Below, piece after piece: positions 1 through 10,948 of a stretch of DNA of 64,000 nt. Position 1 is the first letter of the stretch. Each line of letters begins with the position of its first letter. A program made the position numbers and the translations under genes. The DNA comes from Alphaproteobacteria bacterium (lineage in GTDB: Bacteria; Pseudomonadota; Alphaproteobacteria; UBA6615). The stretch is taken from contig SHWB01000007.1 in NCBI GenBank assembly GCA_009691025.1, positions 28,231 through 92,230 of the forward strand, written 5' to 3'. Under the pieces are notes generated by a model. The model made no database searches. It had not been told where the DNA came from and saw only the letters and a list, made by a program, of their open reading frames with translations.

Positions 1-357
1 GGCCTCATGCTGGTTCTCGGCCATGTTGGCATCGCGCTGGCGACCTCGCTCGCGAGCTGGCTCAACGCCCTACTGCTGGCCACCCTGCTCGTTCGGCGCG
101 GCCATCTGCGCTTCGACGCGCGCCTGCGTTCGCGGGCGCCGCGCATCCTCGCCGCCAGCCTCGTCATGGGCGGCGCTCTGTGGATTCTGGCAGGGCAGTT
201 CGGCGATGCCTGGGCGGCCGGCGGATTGGTGCGGGGCGGCGCGCTGGCGCTGGCCGTCGTTGCCGGGCTCGTCGCCTATGCCGGGGCGGCGGCGGCGACC
301 GGCGCGGCGCGGCCGGCCGATCTGCGCCTGCTGCTGCGCCGCAGCAGGCGCGCTTGA
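1..357 (+). CDS. murJ: Lipid II flippase MurJ, C-terminal fragment (gene continues upstream of the window)
   Basis: Hydrophobic C-terminal tail typical of MurJ/MviN; conserved murJ-trpS adjacency in alphaproteobacteria; stop at 355-357. Confidence 0.65.
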   Translation, partial: GLMLVLGHVGIALATSLASWLNALLLATLLVRRGHLRFDARLRSRAPRILAASLVMGGALWILAGQFGDAWAAGGLVRGGALALAVVAGLVAYAGAAAATGAARPADLRLLLRRSRRA

Positions 358-495
358 CCACGGGACCGGCGCCCGGCCATAAGCGCGCGCCAACCGATCG
401 GGGGGCTGTCTCGACCGCACGGGCACGATCCCCGTGTGCGTAGCGGCGAGGACCACAACCACCCGCCCGGGGGTCCACACCCAGGGGATTCGACC

Positions 496-1530
496 ATGAC
501 CAGCAAGCGTGTGTTTTCCGGCGTGCAGCCGACCGGCAATCTGCACCTCGGCAATTACCTCGGCGCCATCCGCAATTTCGTCGGCCTGCAGCGCGACTTT
601 GAGTGCATCTACTGCGTCGTCGACCTGCACGCCGTGACCGTATGGCAGGAGCCGGCGAAGCTCGCCGCCCAGACGCGCGAGGTGGCGGCGGCCTTCATAG
701 CCGCCGGCATCGACGGCGAAAAGCACATCATCTTCAACCAAAGCCAGGTCAGCGCGCATGCCGAGCTGGCCTGGCTGTTCAACTGCGTCGCCCGCGTCGG
801 CTGGCTCAACCGCATGACGCAGTTCAAGGAGAAGGCCGGCAGCCATCGCGAGAACGCATCGGTCGGCCTCTACGTCTATCCCAACCTGATGGCGGCCGAC
901 ATCCTCGCCTACAAGGCGACGCATGTGCCGGTTGGCGAGGACCAGAAGCAGCATCTGGAACTGGCGCGCGACATCGCGCTCAAGTTCAACCACGATTACG
1001 GGGCCGAGTTTTTCCCGGTGGTCGAGCCGCTGATCTTCGGCGAGGCGACGCGGGTGATGAGCCTGCGCGACGGCACCAAGAAGATGTCGAAATCCGATCC
1101 GTCGGACTATTCGCGCATCAATGTCACCGACGGGCCGGACGAGGTGGCGCTCAAGATCCGCCGCGCCAAGACCGATCCCGAGCCGTTGCCCGGCCCCGAT
1201 GCGATGGTCGCCGACGGCAAGGTCGACCCGGCGCGCGAGGCGGCGAGGCCGGAGGCCTTCAACCTCGTGCATATCTACGCGGCGCTGACCGACCGCACGG
1301 TCGGCGCGGTGCTGGCCGAGTTCGAGGGCCAGCCCTTCTCGGCGTTCAAGGAGCGCCTGACGGAGGTGGCAGTCGGCGTGCTCGGCCCGATGGGCAACGA
1401 GATGCAGCGCCTGATGGCCGATCCCGGCCATGTAGATGCTGTTCTGCGGAAGGGCGCGGAACGGGCCCGCGAGATCGCCTCGCCCGTGTTGCGCGCGACC
1501 CAGGACGTCATGGGCTTCCTGCGCCCCTGA
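496..1530 (+). CDS. trpS: Tryptophan--tRNA ligase
   Basis: N-terminus [19 protein letters not shown] (class I HIGH region) and KMSKS-like KKMSKSD motif; 344 aa from ATG at 496. Confidence 0.9.
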   Translation: MTSKRVFSGVQPTGNLHLGNYLGAIRNFVGLQRDFECIYCVVDLHAVTVWQEPAKLAAQTREVAAAFIAAGIDGEKHIIFNQSQVSAHAELAWLFNCVARVGWLNRMTQFKEKAGSHRENASVGLYVYPNLMAADILAYKATHVPVGEDQKQHLELARDIALKFNHDYGAEFFPVVEPLIFGEATRVMSLRDGTKKMSKSDPSDYSRINVTDGPDEVALKIRRAKTDPEPLPGPDAMVADGKVDPAREAARPEAFNLVHIYAALTDRTVGAVLAEFEGQPFSAFKERLTEVAVGVLGPMGNEMQRLMADPGHVDAVLRKGAERAREIASPVLRATQDVMGFLRP

Positions 1531-1599
1531 CGGACGAACCGCCGCCGGCTGCCTCTCGTCCTGTAGAGGCAGCCGGCAGCCCGGCCGTTGGTGAGAGCG

Positions 1600-1941
1600 C
1601 TACTTGCGCGCCCCCCGTGGTGCCTTGAGTGCCTTGATGCGGCCGACCGCGGTCTTGCCGGTGCGGCGTGCGCGCTCGAGGTTGACGACCTGCTGGATGC
1701 CGAGCCAGTGCTCCGGCGTGGTACCGGACAGCTTGGACAGGCGCAGCGACATCTCCGGGCTGACGCCGCGGCGACCGTTGACGAGCAGGCTGATCGTCCG
1801 GCGCGAGACGCCGAGCGCCTTCGCAAGCTCTTCGTGCGTCAGGCCATAGTAGGCAAGAATCCGTTCGCGAACTTCATACCCCGCGTGAGGCGAGCCGCGT
1901 CGGGTAACACTGGGTTTGCGAGCCATTCGGGCTCCCTCCAT
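1600..1941 (-). CDS. higA: HigA-family antitoxin / XRE-type HTH protein (addiction module antidote)
   Basis: HTH core ELAKALGVSRRTISLLVNGRRGVSPEMSLRLSKLSGTTPEHWLGIQ matches the HigA (TIGR02607-like) pattern; ATG at 1941. Confidence 0.7.
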   Translation of the reverse strand: MEGARMARKPSVTRRGSPHAGYEVRERILAYYGLTHEELAKALGVSRRTISLLVNGRRGVSPEMSLRLSKLSGTTPEHWLGIQQVVNLERARRTGKTAVGRIKALKAPRGARK

Positions 1942-2229
1942 CTTGTTTTCCCCGAAGGCACTCTATCATTTCTTGGCGTCCAGCCAATCATGCAAAAAGC
2001 GTGCGACCACGACGATCTCATGCAGCGTGTGGTGCGTAGGCGCGATGCATACCTGAAATCCCGCGAAGCGCAAAAGTTCCCAGCGGCGATAACGTATCGG
2101 GCACGGACGTCGCGAACGCTTCCGAGGCGACGACTGCACGGCATGGTTCACGGCTGACTAGACGATAGCGAAGTCAGGATGGCCGGACGCGCGCATGCAT
2201 GCGTAACAACGTCTAGCGAGCAGCGACAC

Positions 2230-3030
2230 TCATGCCGGTCGGACCGCCAGCGCGGTGCGCGCGTCAGCGGCATCGCGCGCGATCTGCGCCTTCAACTCGT
2301 CGATGCCGGCGAAGCGGCGCTCCGGCCGCAGGAAGGCGACGAGTTTGACGCAGAGTAGCCGTCCGTAAAGATTGCCCGCCCAGTCGAACAGGTGCGCTTC
2401 CAGCAGTTCGGTCGTGCCGTCGACCGTCGGGCGGACGCCGATATTGGCCACGCCGCCCTGGCCGGCGAGGCGTCCGTCGGGCGTCGAGGCGCTCACGGCA
2501 TAGACCCCGAAGGCCGGCCGCACTGCGCGGCCGAGCCGGAGATTGGCGGTGGGAAAGCCTATGGTGCGGCCCAGCCGCCGTCCGTCGCGAACGCGCGCCA
2601 CAATCTCGTAGTGCCGGCCGAGCAGGGCGGCGGCTTCGGTCACGTCGCCCGCGGCGAGGCGGGCGCGGATGCCGGCGCCCGTCGCGGCAGCATCGCCCTC
2701 ATCGTCGCGCAGGATCGCCGCGGCGGCGAACGCGTCGCGCAGGGTCCTCTCGACGAAGGTCGCGGCGTCGTAGCCGGCGCCGCGCAGCAGCCACAGCGCG
2801 TCGGCGCCGCAGTCGCTCAGCAGGCGGGATTTGACGCGCAGGGGCGTCAGCTCCGTACCGGCCAGCGGTGGCGCGGCGACGATCAGCGCCGCGCCCTGCC
2901 GGTTGGCAACGGCGCGCGCGCTGGCGAGGAGGGTGCGGTGGCCGCGATGGACGCCGTCGAAAGCGCCGACCGCGAACACGGCACCGCGGGCGCCGCGCGG
3001 ACGGTCACGCCAGTGATGGTGAAGGTGCAT
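2230..3030 (-). CDS. ribF: Bifunctional riboflavin kinase / FMN adenylyltransferase (appears shorter than usual in the FAD-synthetase half)
   Basis: N-terminal FDGVHRGH nucleotidyltransferase motif; C-terminal riboflavin kinase region GRTIGFPTANL...; 266 aa versus about 310 typical. Confidence 0.75.
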   Translation of the reverse strand: MHLHHHWRDRPRGARGAVFAVGAFDGVHRGHRTLLASARAVANRQGAALIVAAPPLAGTELTPLRVKSRLLSDCGADALWLLRGAGYDAATFVERTLRDAFAAAAILRDDEGDAAATGAGIRARLAAGDVTEAAALLGRHYEIVARVRDGRRLGRTIGFPTANLRLGRAVRPAFGVYAVSASTPDGRLAGQGGVANIGVRPTVDGTTELLEAHLFDWAGNLYGRLLCVKLVAFLRPERRFAGIDELKAQIARDAADARTALAVRPA

Positions 3031-3079
3031 GACGCGCCGGTGTACCGGGCGTCATGCCCTCGATCAAGAGATAGCGGCC

Positions 3080-3586
3080 CTAGCCGCCGGTGACGCGCGG
3101 CTTGGGGCGGCGCGGCACCATCACATCGGCCTCGCCGTCGATGACGACGATGTCGCCGACCGTGCAGACGGTCTGCAACGTGGCGCGCGCTCGCTCGGCA
3201 TTTAGCTTGGTGACGGTGGCACGCGCGGTCACCGTGTCGCCCGGCCGCACCGGCGCCTTGAAGCGCAGGGTCTGGCCGATATAGACGCAGCCCGGCCCCG
3301 GCAGGCGGGTGCCGATCACCGTCGAGATGAAGGAGCCCGAGAGGAAGCCGTGGGCGATGGTGCCCCCGAACATCGTCTGGGCGGCGTATTTCTCATTGAG
3401 GTGCATCGGGTTGGTATCGCCGGAGACCCCGGCGAACAGCACCAGGTCGGCGGCGCCGATGGTGCGCGCGTAGACCGCCGTCATGCCGAGTTCGAGGTCT
3501 TCGAAGAAATAGCCCGAAAGTTCCTCGAGCGCCGTGCGCGGCAGCGGACGGCGCGAGACGGGTGCGGCGGTATTGGCGGCGGCCAT
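3080..3586 (-). CDS. MaoC-like (R)-specific enoyl-CoA hydratase / hot-dog dehydratase
   Basis: Hot-dog fold motifs GDTNPMHLNEKYA and IAHGFL; start chosen at ATG 3586 rather than the longer upstream ORF start. Confidence 0.7.
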   Translation of the reverse strand: MAAANTAAPVSRRPLPRTALEELSGYFFEDLELGMTAVYARTIGAADLVLFAGVSGDTNPMHLNEKYAAQTMFGGTIAHGFLSGSFISTVIGTRLPGPGCVYIGQTLRFKAPVRPGDTVTARATVTKLNAERARATLQTVCTVGDIVVIDGEADVMVPRRPKPRVTGG

Positions 3587-3753
3587 GGGTGCCGGTTCCT
3601 TTGCGGAATGTGGCGGAATGGCGTGGCAGGGATGCCTTGTGCGCCGCAACATTTTGTTGCGGCGCATCATAAAGGAGTCGGGCGGATCGTCAAGGAAGCG
3701 TCAAGTTCACGATCTGATGCTGCGGCGCGGTCGCTGCGGCGCAAACCGCCGGT

Positions 3754-4338
3754 TCAGCCGGCGGCGGGCTGCACGATCATACGAAGCATGGTGCCGTCGA
3801 TAAGGGCCGACAGCACGAGGTCGAGGACGACCACGAAGGCCGCCGGCAGGCCGGCGATGTTGAGCGTGACGTGGGCGAGGAACCACGACCAGGCGGCCAG
3901 CAGGGTCTGGACGGCGCTGGCGATCGGCAACGCCCATGGTGGGCCGAGCAGGGCGATGACCACGGAGGCGGGCAGGGCGACCGCGAGCTGGACCACCTGC
4001 ATCCAGTTGTTGGCGACGACGAAGGCCACCCAGCGCTCGCCGCGCCCCAGCACATCGGCAACGCCGGACATCGCCAGCGGATAGGCTACCCAGAGCAGGA
4101 CATAGGCCGGGGGCAGGACGAAGGGCGCCACCGCCCTGTCGATCGCCACCGGGGCCGGCGGGTCGGACCAGACGAGGAGTTTCAGCAGCAGCCAGCCGGG
4201 CGCGACGATGATGGCGGCGGCGAAGGAGAGCACGAAGCCGGCAGACGTGGCATCGACCCAGACCTGCCCGGCACGGTCGAAATGCGCCAGCCGCCAGGCC
4301 GCGCCAAGGCCGCGTACGACATCGGCCAGCGCGATCAC
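3754..4338 (-). CDS. Conserved hypothetical integral membrane protein
   Basis: Multiple hydrophobic helices; 4-nt overlap with the dapE stop suggests co-transcription. Confidence 0.45.
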   Translation of the reverse strand: MIALADVVRGLGAAWRLAHFDRAGQVWVDATSAGFVLSFAAAIIVAPGWLLLKLLVWSDPPAPVAIDRAVAPFVLPPAYVLLWVAYPLAMSGVADVLGRGERWVAFVVANNWMQVVQLAVALPASVVIALLGPPWALPIASAVQTLLAAWSWFLAHVTLNIAGLPAAFVVVLDLVLSALIDGTMLRMIVQPAAG

Positions 4339-5521
4339 GCCGGTGCCGCGGGCGCGGCCGAATTGGTCCTGAACCAGTCCTCCAGCACGGCGAGATAGAT
4401 GTCCGCCAGCCGCTCGATATCGGAGGTGGCGGCGTGCTCGTCGACCTTGTGCATGGTCTGGCCAACCAGGCCGAACTCGGCAACCTGGCAGTGATCCTTG
4501 ATGAAACGCGCATCCGAGGTGCCGCCGGTGGTCGACAGCTCCGGCTCCCGGCCGGTCACGCGGCGCACGGCGCCGACGATAGTGTCCGACAGGCGCCCGG
4601 GCGGGGTGAGGAAGCTCTCGCCGGTCAGCATCGGCTCGACCGTCCAGCGGCCGCCGATCGCCGCGATTTTCGCCTGCACATGGGCGATCAGCGAGGCCGA
4701 GCTGTGCAGGTCGTTGAAGCGGATGTTGAAGGCGGCGCGCGCCTCTGCCGGGATGACATTGCCCGCCGGGTTCCCGACATCGACGGTGGAGACCTGCAGC
4801 GTCGTCGGCTGGAAATGCGCCGTGCCGAAATCTAGCGGCGCGGCGACGAGATGGTCGAGCAGGCGCACGAGGCGATGCACCGGATTGTCGGCGAGGTGCG
4901 GATAGGCGGTGTGGCCCTGCGTGCCATGCGCGATGACGCGGATGTGCAGGCTGCCGCGCCGGCCGATCTTGATCATGTCGCCGAGCGCCTCGGGATTGGT
5001 CGGCTCGCCGACGATGCAGGCATCGAGCGCCTCGCTACGCCCGGCAAGCCAGCCCAGCACCTTCTTCGTGCCGTTGATCGACGGGCCTTCCTCGTCGCCG
5101 GTGATCAGCAGGCTGATGGCGCCGGGCGGCCGGCCATGGCGGTCGAGATAGCGCGCCGCGGCGGCGACGAAGGCGGCGATGGCGCCCTTCATGTCGGCGG
5201 CGCCGCGGCCCCACAGCTTGCCGTCGGCGACAGTGCCGGCGAAGGGGTCGCTCTGCCAGGCCGCGACGTTGCCGGCCGGCACCACGTCGGTGTGGCCGGC
5301 GAAGCAGAAATTCGGCCGGCCGTCGCCGAGGCGCGCGTAGAGATTGTCGACCGGCGCCGTCCCCGCCTCCTCGAAGCGCAGGCGGTGGCAGGCGAAGCCG
5401 AGCGGCCGCAGCGTCGCCTCGAGCAGGCCGAGCGCGCCAGCATCCTCGGGCGTCACGCTGGGACAGCGGATCAGCGCGCCGGCGAACGCAACCGGATCGA
5501 TCCTGGGCGCGCCGCCAGCCA

Positions 5522-5522
<1 letters not shown>
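4335..5522 (-). CDS. dapE: Succinyl-diaminopimelate desuccinylase
   Basis: M20 peptidase motifs ([20 protein letters not shown]); the ATG overlaps the dapD stop (ATGA); the ORF track fuses it with an antisense frame of dapD. Confidence 0.85.
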
Positions 5523-6361
<839 letters not shown>

Positions 6362-6587
6362 CGTCTCTTCCCGTAAAACGCGCACGGCCCCCGAGCCTGC
6401 GGCGGACCGCGAAGATGGCCTTCGCCGCGCCGGCCTGTCAACGCCCGGCCAGCCGTGGCGAAGGCACGGGAGGCCGTGCCGTCAGCCGTTCGTTTACCGC
6501 CTCTCCTCTAGCCTTGCGGGACGAGGCGGACGGACCGGGGCGGTGCCGCCCAGGTCCCGACTCCGCCGGACAGGACGAGGCCAGCGT

Positions 6588-8345
6588 ATGGGCTTGAGCA
6601 AGAGCGCCGCCACCGCCGCTGGCACGATGGGCGAGCCGCGCGAAGCGGTGACCCAGCTTCGTGCCGAACGCGACCGGTTCGTGGCGCTGGCCTTCACCAG
6701 CGCCGACATCCTGATGGAGATTGGCGAGGGCGCTATCGTCGCCTTCGCGGCCGGCGCGATCAAGGCCTTCGTCGGCCGCCCCGACGACGTGCTGGTCGGC
6801 AGATGCTTTCTATACTGCGTGGTGAAATCCGACCGCGCGGTGGTCGATGGGCTGTTGCACAACGCGCGACGCGGCACGCGCATCGACAACGTCGCCGTCC
6901 GCCTGGTTGGCACGGCCGGTGAGACGCCGTCGCTGTCGTTGTTGGGCTTCCACATGCGCGAGCTGGGCGGCCACACTTACCTGTCGCTGCGCATGGCGCC
7001 GGTGCCGCGCGTGATCGATGTCGATTCGGTCGGCAGCATGCCCGACAGCACCGTGCTCGACAAATCCTCCTTCGCCAACGCCGCGACGCGCGCCGTCGAG
7101 GATGCGCGCGCTTCCGGAGAGGACAGCCGCCTGACCCTGCTCGACCTCAACAATTTCGTCGAGCTGCACGACCGCCTCGGCGAGGAAGCGCGCCAGGATC
7201 TGGAGCAGACCCTCGGCGCCACGCTGCGCGCCAGTTCTCTGCGCGGCGACACGGCGGCGCAACTCACCGAGGAGAAGTTCAGCCTCGTCCGCAGCATGCA
7301 TCGTGACGTGAAGGGCATGGCGCGGGAGAGCGAGACGGTGGCGCGCGCCGCCGATCCCGACGGCCAAGGCGTCCGCATAGCCAACCGCACCGTCGACGTC
7401 GACACGACACAATTGTCCGAGCAGGATGCGGTGAAGGCGCTCGTCTACACCATCAACCGCTACTGCGACACGACGCCCGAGGCCTTCAGCTTCCGCCCCC
7501 TGACGGAAAGCCTGTCGGTGCTGGCCGACGAGACGGTCGAGAAGATGGGCCGCTACGGCAAGCTCATCGAAGTGTCGAACTTCGAGGTTGCCTTCCATCC
7601 GATCTGCGACCTGCTGACCGGCCAGCCGCATTATTTCGAGGCGCTGGTCCGCTTCGACAAGAGCGTCGGCGCCTCGCCCTACGAATTCATCACCTTCGAC
7701 GAGGAAGTCGGCCTTATCTGCGAGTTTAACCTCGCCATGTGACGCAAAGTGCTGGAATTGGTGCGCGGGGCCAACGGGGCCGGCCACAAATACATGGTGG
7801 CGGTGAACATGTCGGGCCGCTCGCTGTCGACGCCGTCCCTCGTTGAGGCGATGCTGGCCATGCTGCGCGGCGCCGGCAAGGCGCGCGAGAACGTGCTGTT
7901 CGAGATCACCGAATCGGCGAAGCTCGACAATTTTCCGGAGGCCAACAACGTCATCCAGGGGCTGTGCAACGGTGGCAATATCGTCTGCCTCGACGATTTC
8001 GGCGCCGGCGTGTCGGCCTTCCAGCACCTGTTGGCGTTGCATATCGACGTGGTGAAGATCGACGGCGGCTACGTCCACAACGCCATCCGCAACGTGCGCT
8101 GCAAGGCGCTACTGAAGGCGATGGCCGGCATGTGCCGCGACCTGTCGATCACCACCATTGCCGAGATGATCGAGCGCGAGGAGGTCGCCCGCCTCGTGCA
8201 CGAATGCGGCATCGAGTACGGCCAAGGCCATCTCTACGGCAAGCCGCCCAAATACATCGACCAGTTCGCCGCGCCGCGGCCGGTGCCTTTCGACGCCGTG
8301 CCGATGCGTCGGCCGGGACCCGCCCGCAACGGCACGGAGGGCTGA
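6588..8345 (+). pseudogene. PAS-like / degenerate GGDEF / EAL c-di-GMP phosphodiesterase-type protein interrupted by an in-frame TGA at 7740-7742
   Basis: EALVRF motif and the following EAL block GLICEFNLAM[TGA]RKVLELV continue in the same frame, so the ORF track splits one gene into 6102..7742 and 7749..8345; GGDEF-like region lacks the GG(D/E)EF motif. Confidence 0.65.
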
Positions 8346-8351
8346 CGCCCG

Positions 8352-9074
8352 ATGCCGCACGCGCAGGGTGCCGCGATCGAGCCTCCCGAACCGCTGCTGC
8401 GGCCGCCGCCGCACGTCATGCCGGCGACCGCGCAGGCGCTGGTTTCGGGCTGGCCGGGCGCCGTGATCGTCTATGGCGGCGACGCCCGTATCGTCGCCGC
8501 CAATGGCGACGGCGCGCGGCTTGCCACCAGCCTCGGCAGCCCGGCCGCCCCGCTGACGGCGCTCGTCCGCCGCGCCGCCACGGGGACGGCCAGTATCGTC
8601 GAGCGTCTCGACATCGCCACGGCGAGCGGCCGGCAATGGCATCTGTGCGCGGCCATGCTGCTCGACAGCGGCATCGTCTGCGTGCTGGCGCGCGACGGAT
8701 CCTACGATGTGAACATCCGCAACGCGCTGGTCGATTCGCGCCAGCGCTAACGCGACCTCGTCACTATCTCCAGCGATTTCGTCTGGGAAACGGGCGAGGA
8801 CGGCCGCTTCGTCTTCGTCTCGCCGCACGGCGCGCTGGGCCTAAGCACCGACGAGCTGGTCGGCCGGCATCCGCGCGAACTGGAGATCGATCCCGCCGAT
8901 CCGGCGAGGCTGCGCCCCTTCGCCGCCGCTGACCCGATCGAGAACGCGCAGATCTGGGTGCGCGCCGCCGCCGGGGCCGAGGCCTGCGTGCTGGCCAGCG
9001 CCATGCCGGCGCGCGCCCGCGACTGGCGCCGGAGAGGCGCGCGCGGCCTCGTGGCGCGCATCGCCGACGACTAA
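8352..9074 (+). pseudogene. PAS-domain protein interrupted by an in-frame TAA at 8748-8750
   Basis: PAS-like sequence continues in frame across the stop: ...NALVDSRQR[TAA]RDLVTISSDFVWETGEDGRFVFVSPHG...; 6-nt gap to the upstream EAL gene (operon). Confidence 0.5.
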
Positions 9075-9264
9075 TTCGCGCTGTGGCTGGACGGCGCCGC
9101 GCTGGACGAAGGCGAGCGTCGCGCCGAGGACATTATCGAGACGGTGGTGGGCCTGCGCGAATGCGCGCCCAGCGCTGCCAAGCCGCTCGGCGCCTCCGTC
9201 TGAGGAGCGGCCGCAGGCCGCGTCTCGAAGGACGGGGCCCGGCGGTGGAAGCCGGGCGCGCGCC

Positions 9265-10176
9265 TCAGAACCCGCGCCAGATGGCCGTGCCGGCGCCGTG
9301 TTCGGTGAAGACTTCGAGCAGCACCGAATGTTCCGACCGGCCGTCGATGATGACGGCGGCCTCGACATTGGCCTCGACGGCGGCCATGCAGGTCTCGATC
9401 TTGGGGATCATGCCGCCGCTGATCGTGCCGTCCGCGACCAGGTCGCGCGCCTGCTCGACGGTGAGGTCGGTGATGAGCTTGCCCGATTTGTCGAGCACGC
9501 CGGCGACATCGGTCAGCATCAGCAGGCGTGTCGCCTTCACCGCCGCGGCGACGGCGCCGGCCACGGTGTCGGCGTTGATGTTGTAGGTCTCGCCGTCCGG
9601 CCCGACGCCGATCGGCGCGATTACCGGGATGATATGCGAGCGCGCGAAGACGTCGAGGATGCGGGCATCGACATGCTCGGGCTCGCCGACGAAGCCGAGG
9701 TCGAGCACCTTCTCGATGTTGCTGTCGGTATCGCGCTTCGTGCGCGTCATCTTGCGCGCGCGGATCAGGCCGCCATCCTTGCCCGACAGGCCGACCGCGG
9801 TGCCGCCGGCGGCGCCGATGGCGGCGGCTATCTGCTTGTTGATGGTGCCCGACAGCACCATCTCGACGATCTCGACGGTGGCGGCGTCGGTGACGCGCAG
9901 CCCGTCGACGAATTCGCTCTTGATCTTCAGGCGCTCCAGCATGCGGCCGATCTGTGGGCCGCCGCCATGCACCACCACCGGATTGATACCGATCTGCTTC
10001 AGCAGCACGATGTCGCGCGCGAAGGAATGCGCGACCGATTCGTCGCCCATGGCATGGCCGCCATACTTGACGACGAAGGTGCGGCCCGCGAAGCGGCGCA
10101 TGTAGGGCAGCGCCTCCACCAGGGTGGCGGCCTTGCCGATCAGCTCGGCGGCGGCGGGTGCGGGTTTGTCCGCCAT
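9265..10176 (-). CDS. argB: Acetylglutamate kinase
   Basis: Full-length amino-acid kinase with the typical ArgB N-terminus ([16 protein letters not shown]) and C-terminus. Confidence 0.9.
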   Translation of the reverse strand: MADKPAPAAAELIGKAATLVEALPYMRRFAGRTFVVKYGGHAMGDESVAHSFARDIVLLKQIGINPVVVHGGGPQIGRMLERLKIKSEFVDGLRVTDAATVEIVEMVLSGTINKQIAAAIGAAGGTAVGLSGKDGGLIRARKMTRTKRDTDSNIEKVLDLGFVGEPEHVDARILDVFARSHIIPVIAPIGVGPDGETYNINADTVAGAVAAAVKATRLLMLTDVAGVLDKSGKLITDLTVEQARDLVADGTISGGMIPKIETCMAAVEANVEAAVIIDGRSEHSVLLEVFTEHGAGTAIWRGF

Positions 10177-10248
10177 GACGGTCTCGTTCCCCTGGATGTT
10201 GCGACGCAGGCGACGTTAGTGCAAATCGGCCGGGCGCGGAATCCTCCG

Positions 10249-10947
10249 TCAGCCGCCCGGCCCGCCGCCATGGCCGCTCGTGGGTACCGGCAGGGCGAAG
10301 GCGGCCAGCGCGACGCGCAGCGCCTCGATGCCGCGGTTCTTGCGGGCGCTGGTGGCCAGCACCCCGGGAAAGGCCGCGGTATGGCCGGCGGCAATCTTCG
10401 CCGTCTCGGCGAGTCGCGCGGCCAGATCCCTCGGCCCGATGGCGTCGACCTTGGTCAGCACGATCTGGAAGACGACAGCGCTGGCGTCGAGCAGGCGCAT
10501 CGTCGCCCGGTCGCTGTCCTTGATGCCGTGGCGCGCGTCGATCAGAAGGCAGACGCGGCACAGGGTCGGCCGGCCGGCGAGGTAGGCCTCGACCAGCCGC
10601 GTCCAGGACGCAACCTTCTCCTTGGCGACCTTGGCGTAGCCGAAGCCGGGCAGATCTACCAGCGCCAGCCTGCCGCCGAGATCGAAGAAGACGAGCTGCC
10701 GCGTGCGGCCGGGCGTGCGCGAGGTGCGCGCCAGCGCGGTGCGGCCGGTCAGCGCGTTGACCAGCGACGATTTGCCGACGTTCGAGCGGCCGGCGAAGGC
10801 GATCTCCGGCAGGATTGCTGGCGGCAGCGCCGCCTCGATTGGCGCCGCGGCGGCGAAGTCGCACGGGCCGGCGAACAGGCGCCGCGCCGCTGCCTCGGCC
10901 GCATCCTCCGCCGCCGGGGCGGCCGCGCCTCCGGCCGGTTTTGCCAT
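10249..10947 (-). CDS. yihA: Ribosome biogenesis GTP-binding protein YihA/EngB
   Basis: G1 motif GRSNVGKSS, G3 DLPGFGY; conserved position next to yidC. Confidence 0.85.
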   Translation of the reverse strand: MAKPAGGAAAPAAEDAAEAAARRLFAGPCDFAAAAPIEAALPPAILPEIAFAGRSNVGKSSLVNALTGRTALARTSRTPGRTRQLVFFDLGGRLALVDLPGFGYAKVAKEKVASWTRLVEAYLAGRPTLCRVCLLIDARHGIKDSDRATMRLLDASAVVFQIVLTKVDAIGPRDLAARLAETAKIAAGHTAAFPGVLATSARKNRGIEALRVALAAFALPVPTSGHGGGPGG

Positions 10948-10948
10948 G

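Noticed and set aside
70-1431. Long Arg/Ala/Gly-rich ORFs antisense to or out of frame with real genes (for example 70..1431 -, 603..1628 +, 9071..10864 -, 9298..11028 +, 10703..12355 +, 13452..14243 -, 21556..22671 -, 32948..35248 +, 34947..37013 +, 37029..38228 -)
   Set aside because: Typical shadow ORFs of a high-GC genome: low-complexity R/A/G/P composition, no domain signatures, and each overlaps a well-supported gene on the other strand or frame
1966-2151. 61-aa ORF upstream of higA as the HigB toxin
   Set aside because: No HigB/RelE/ParE motifs found by eye, too short, with a stop 3 codons upstream; kept only as a possible degraded partner in the findings
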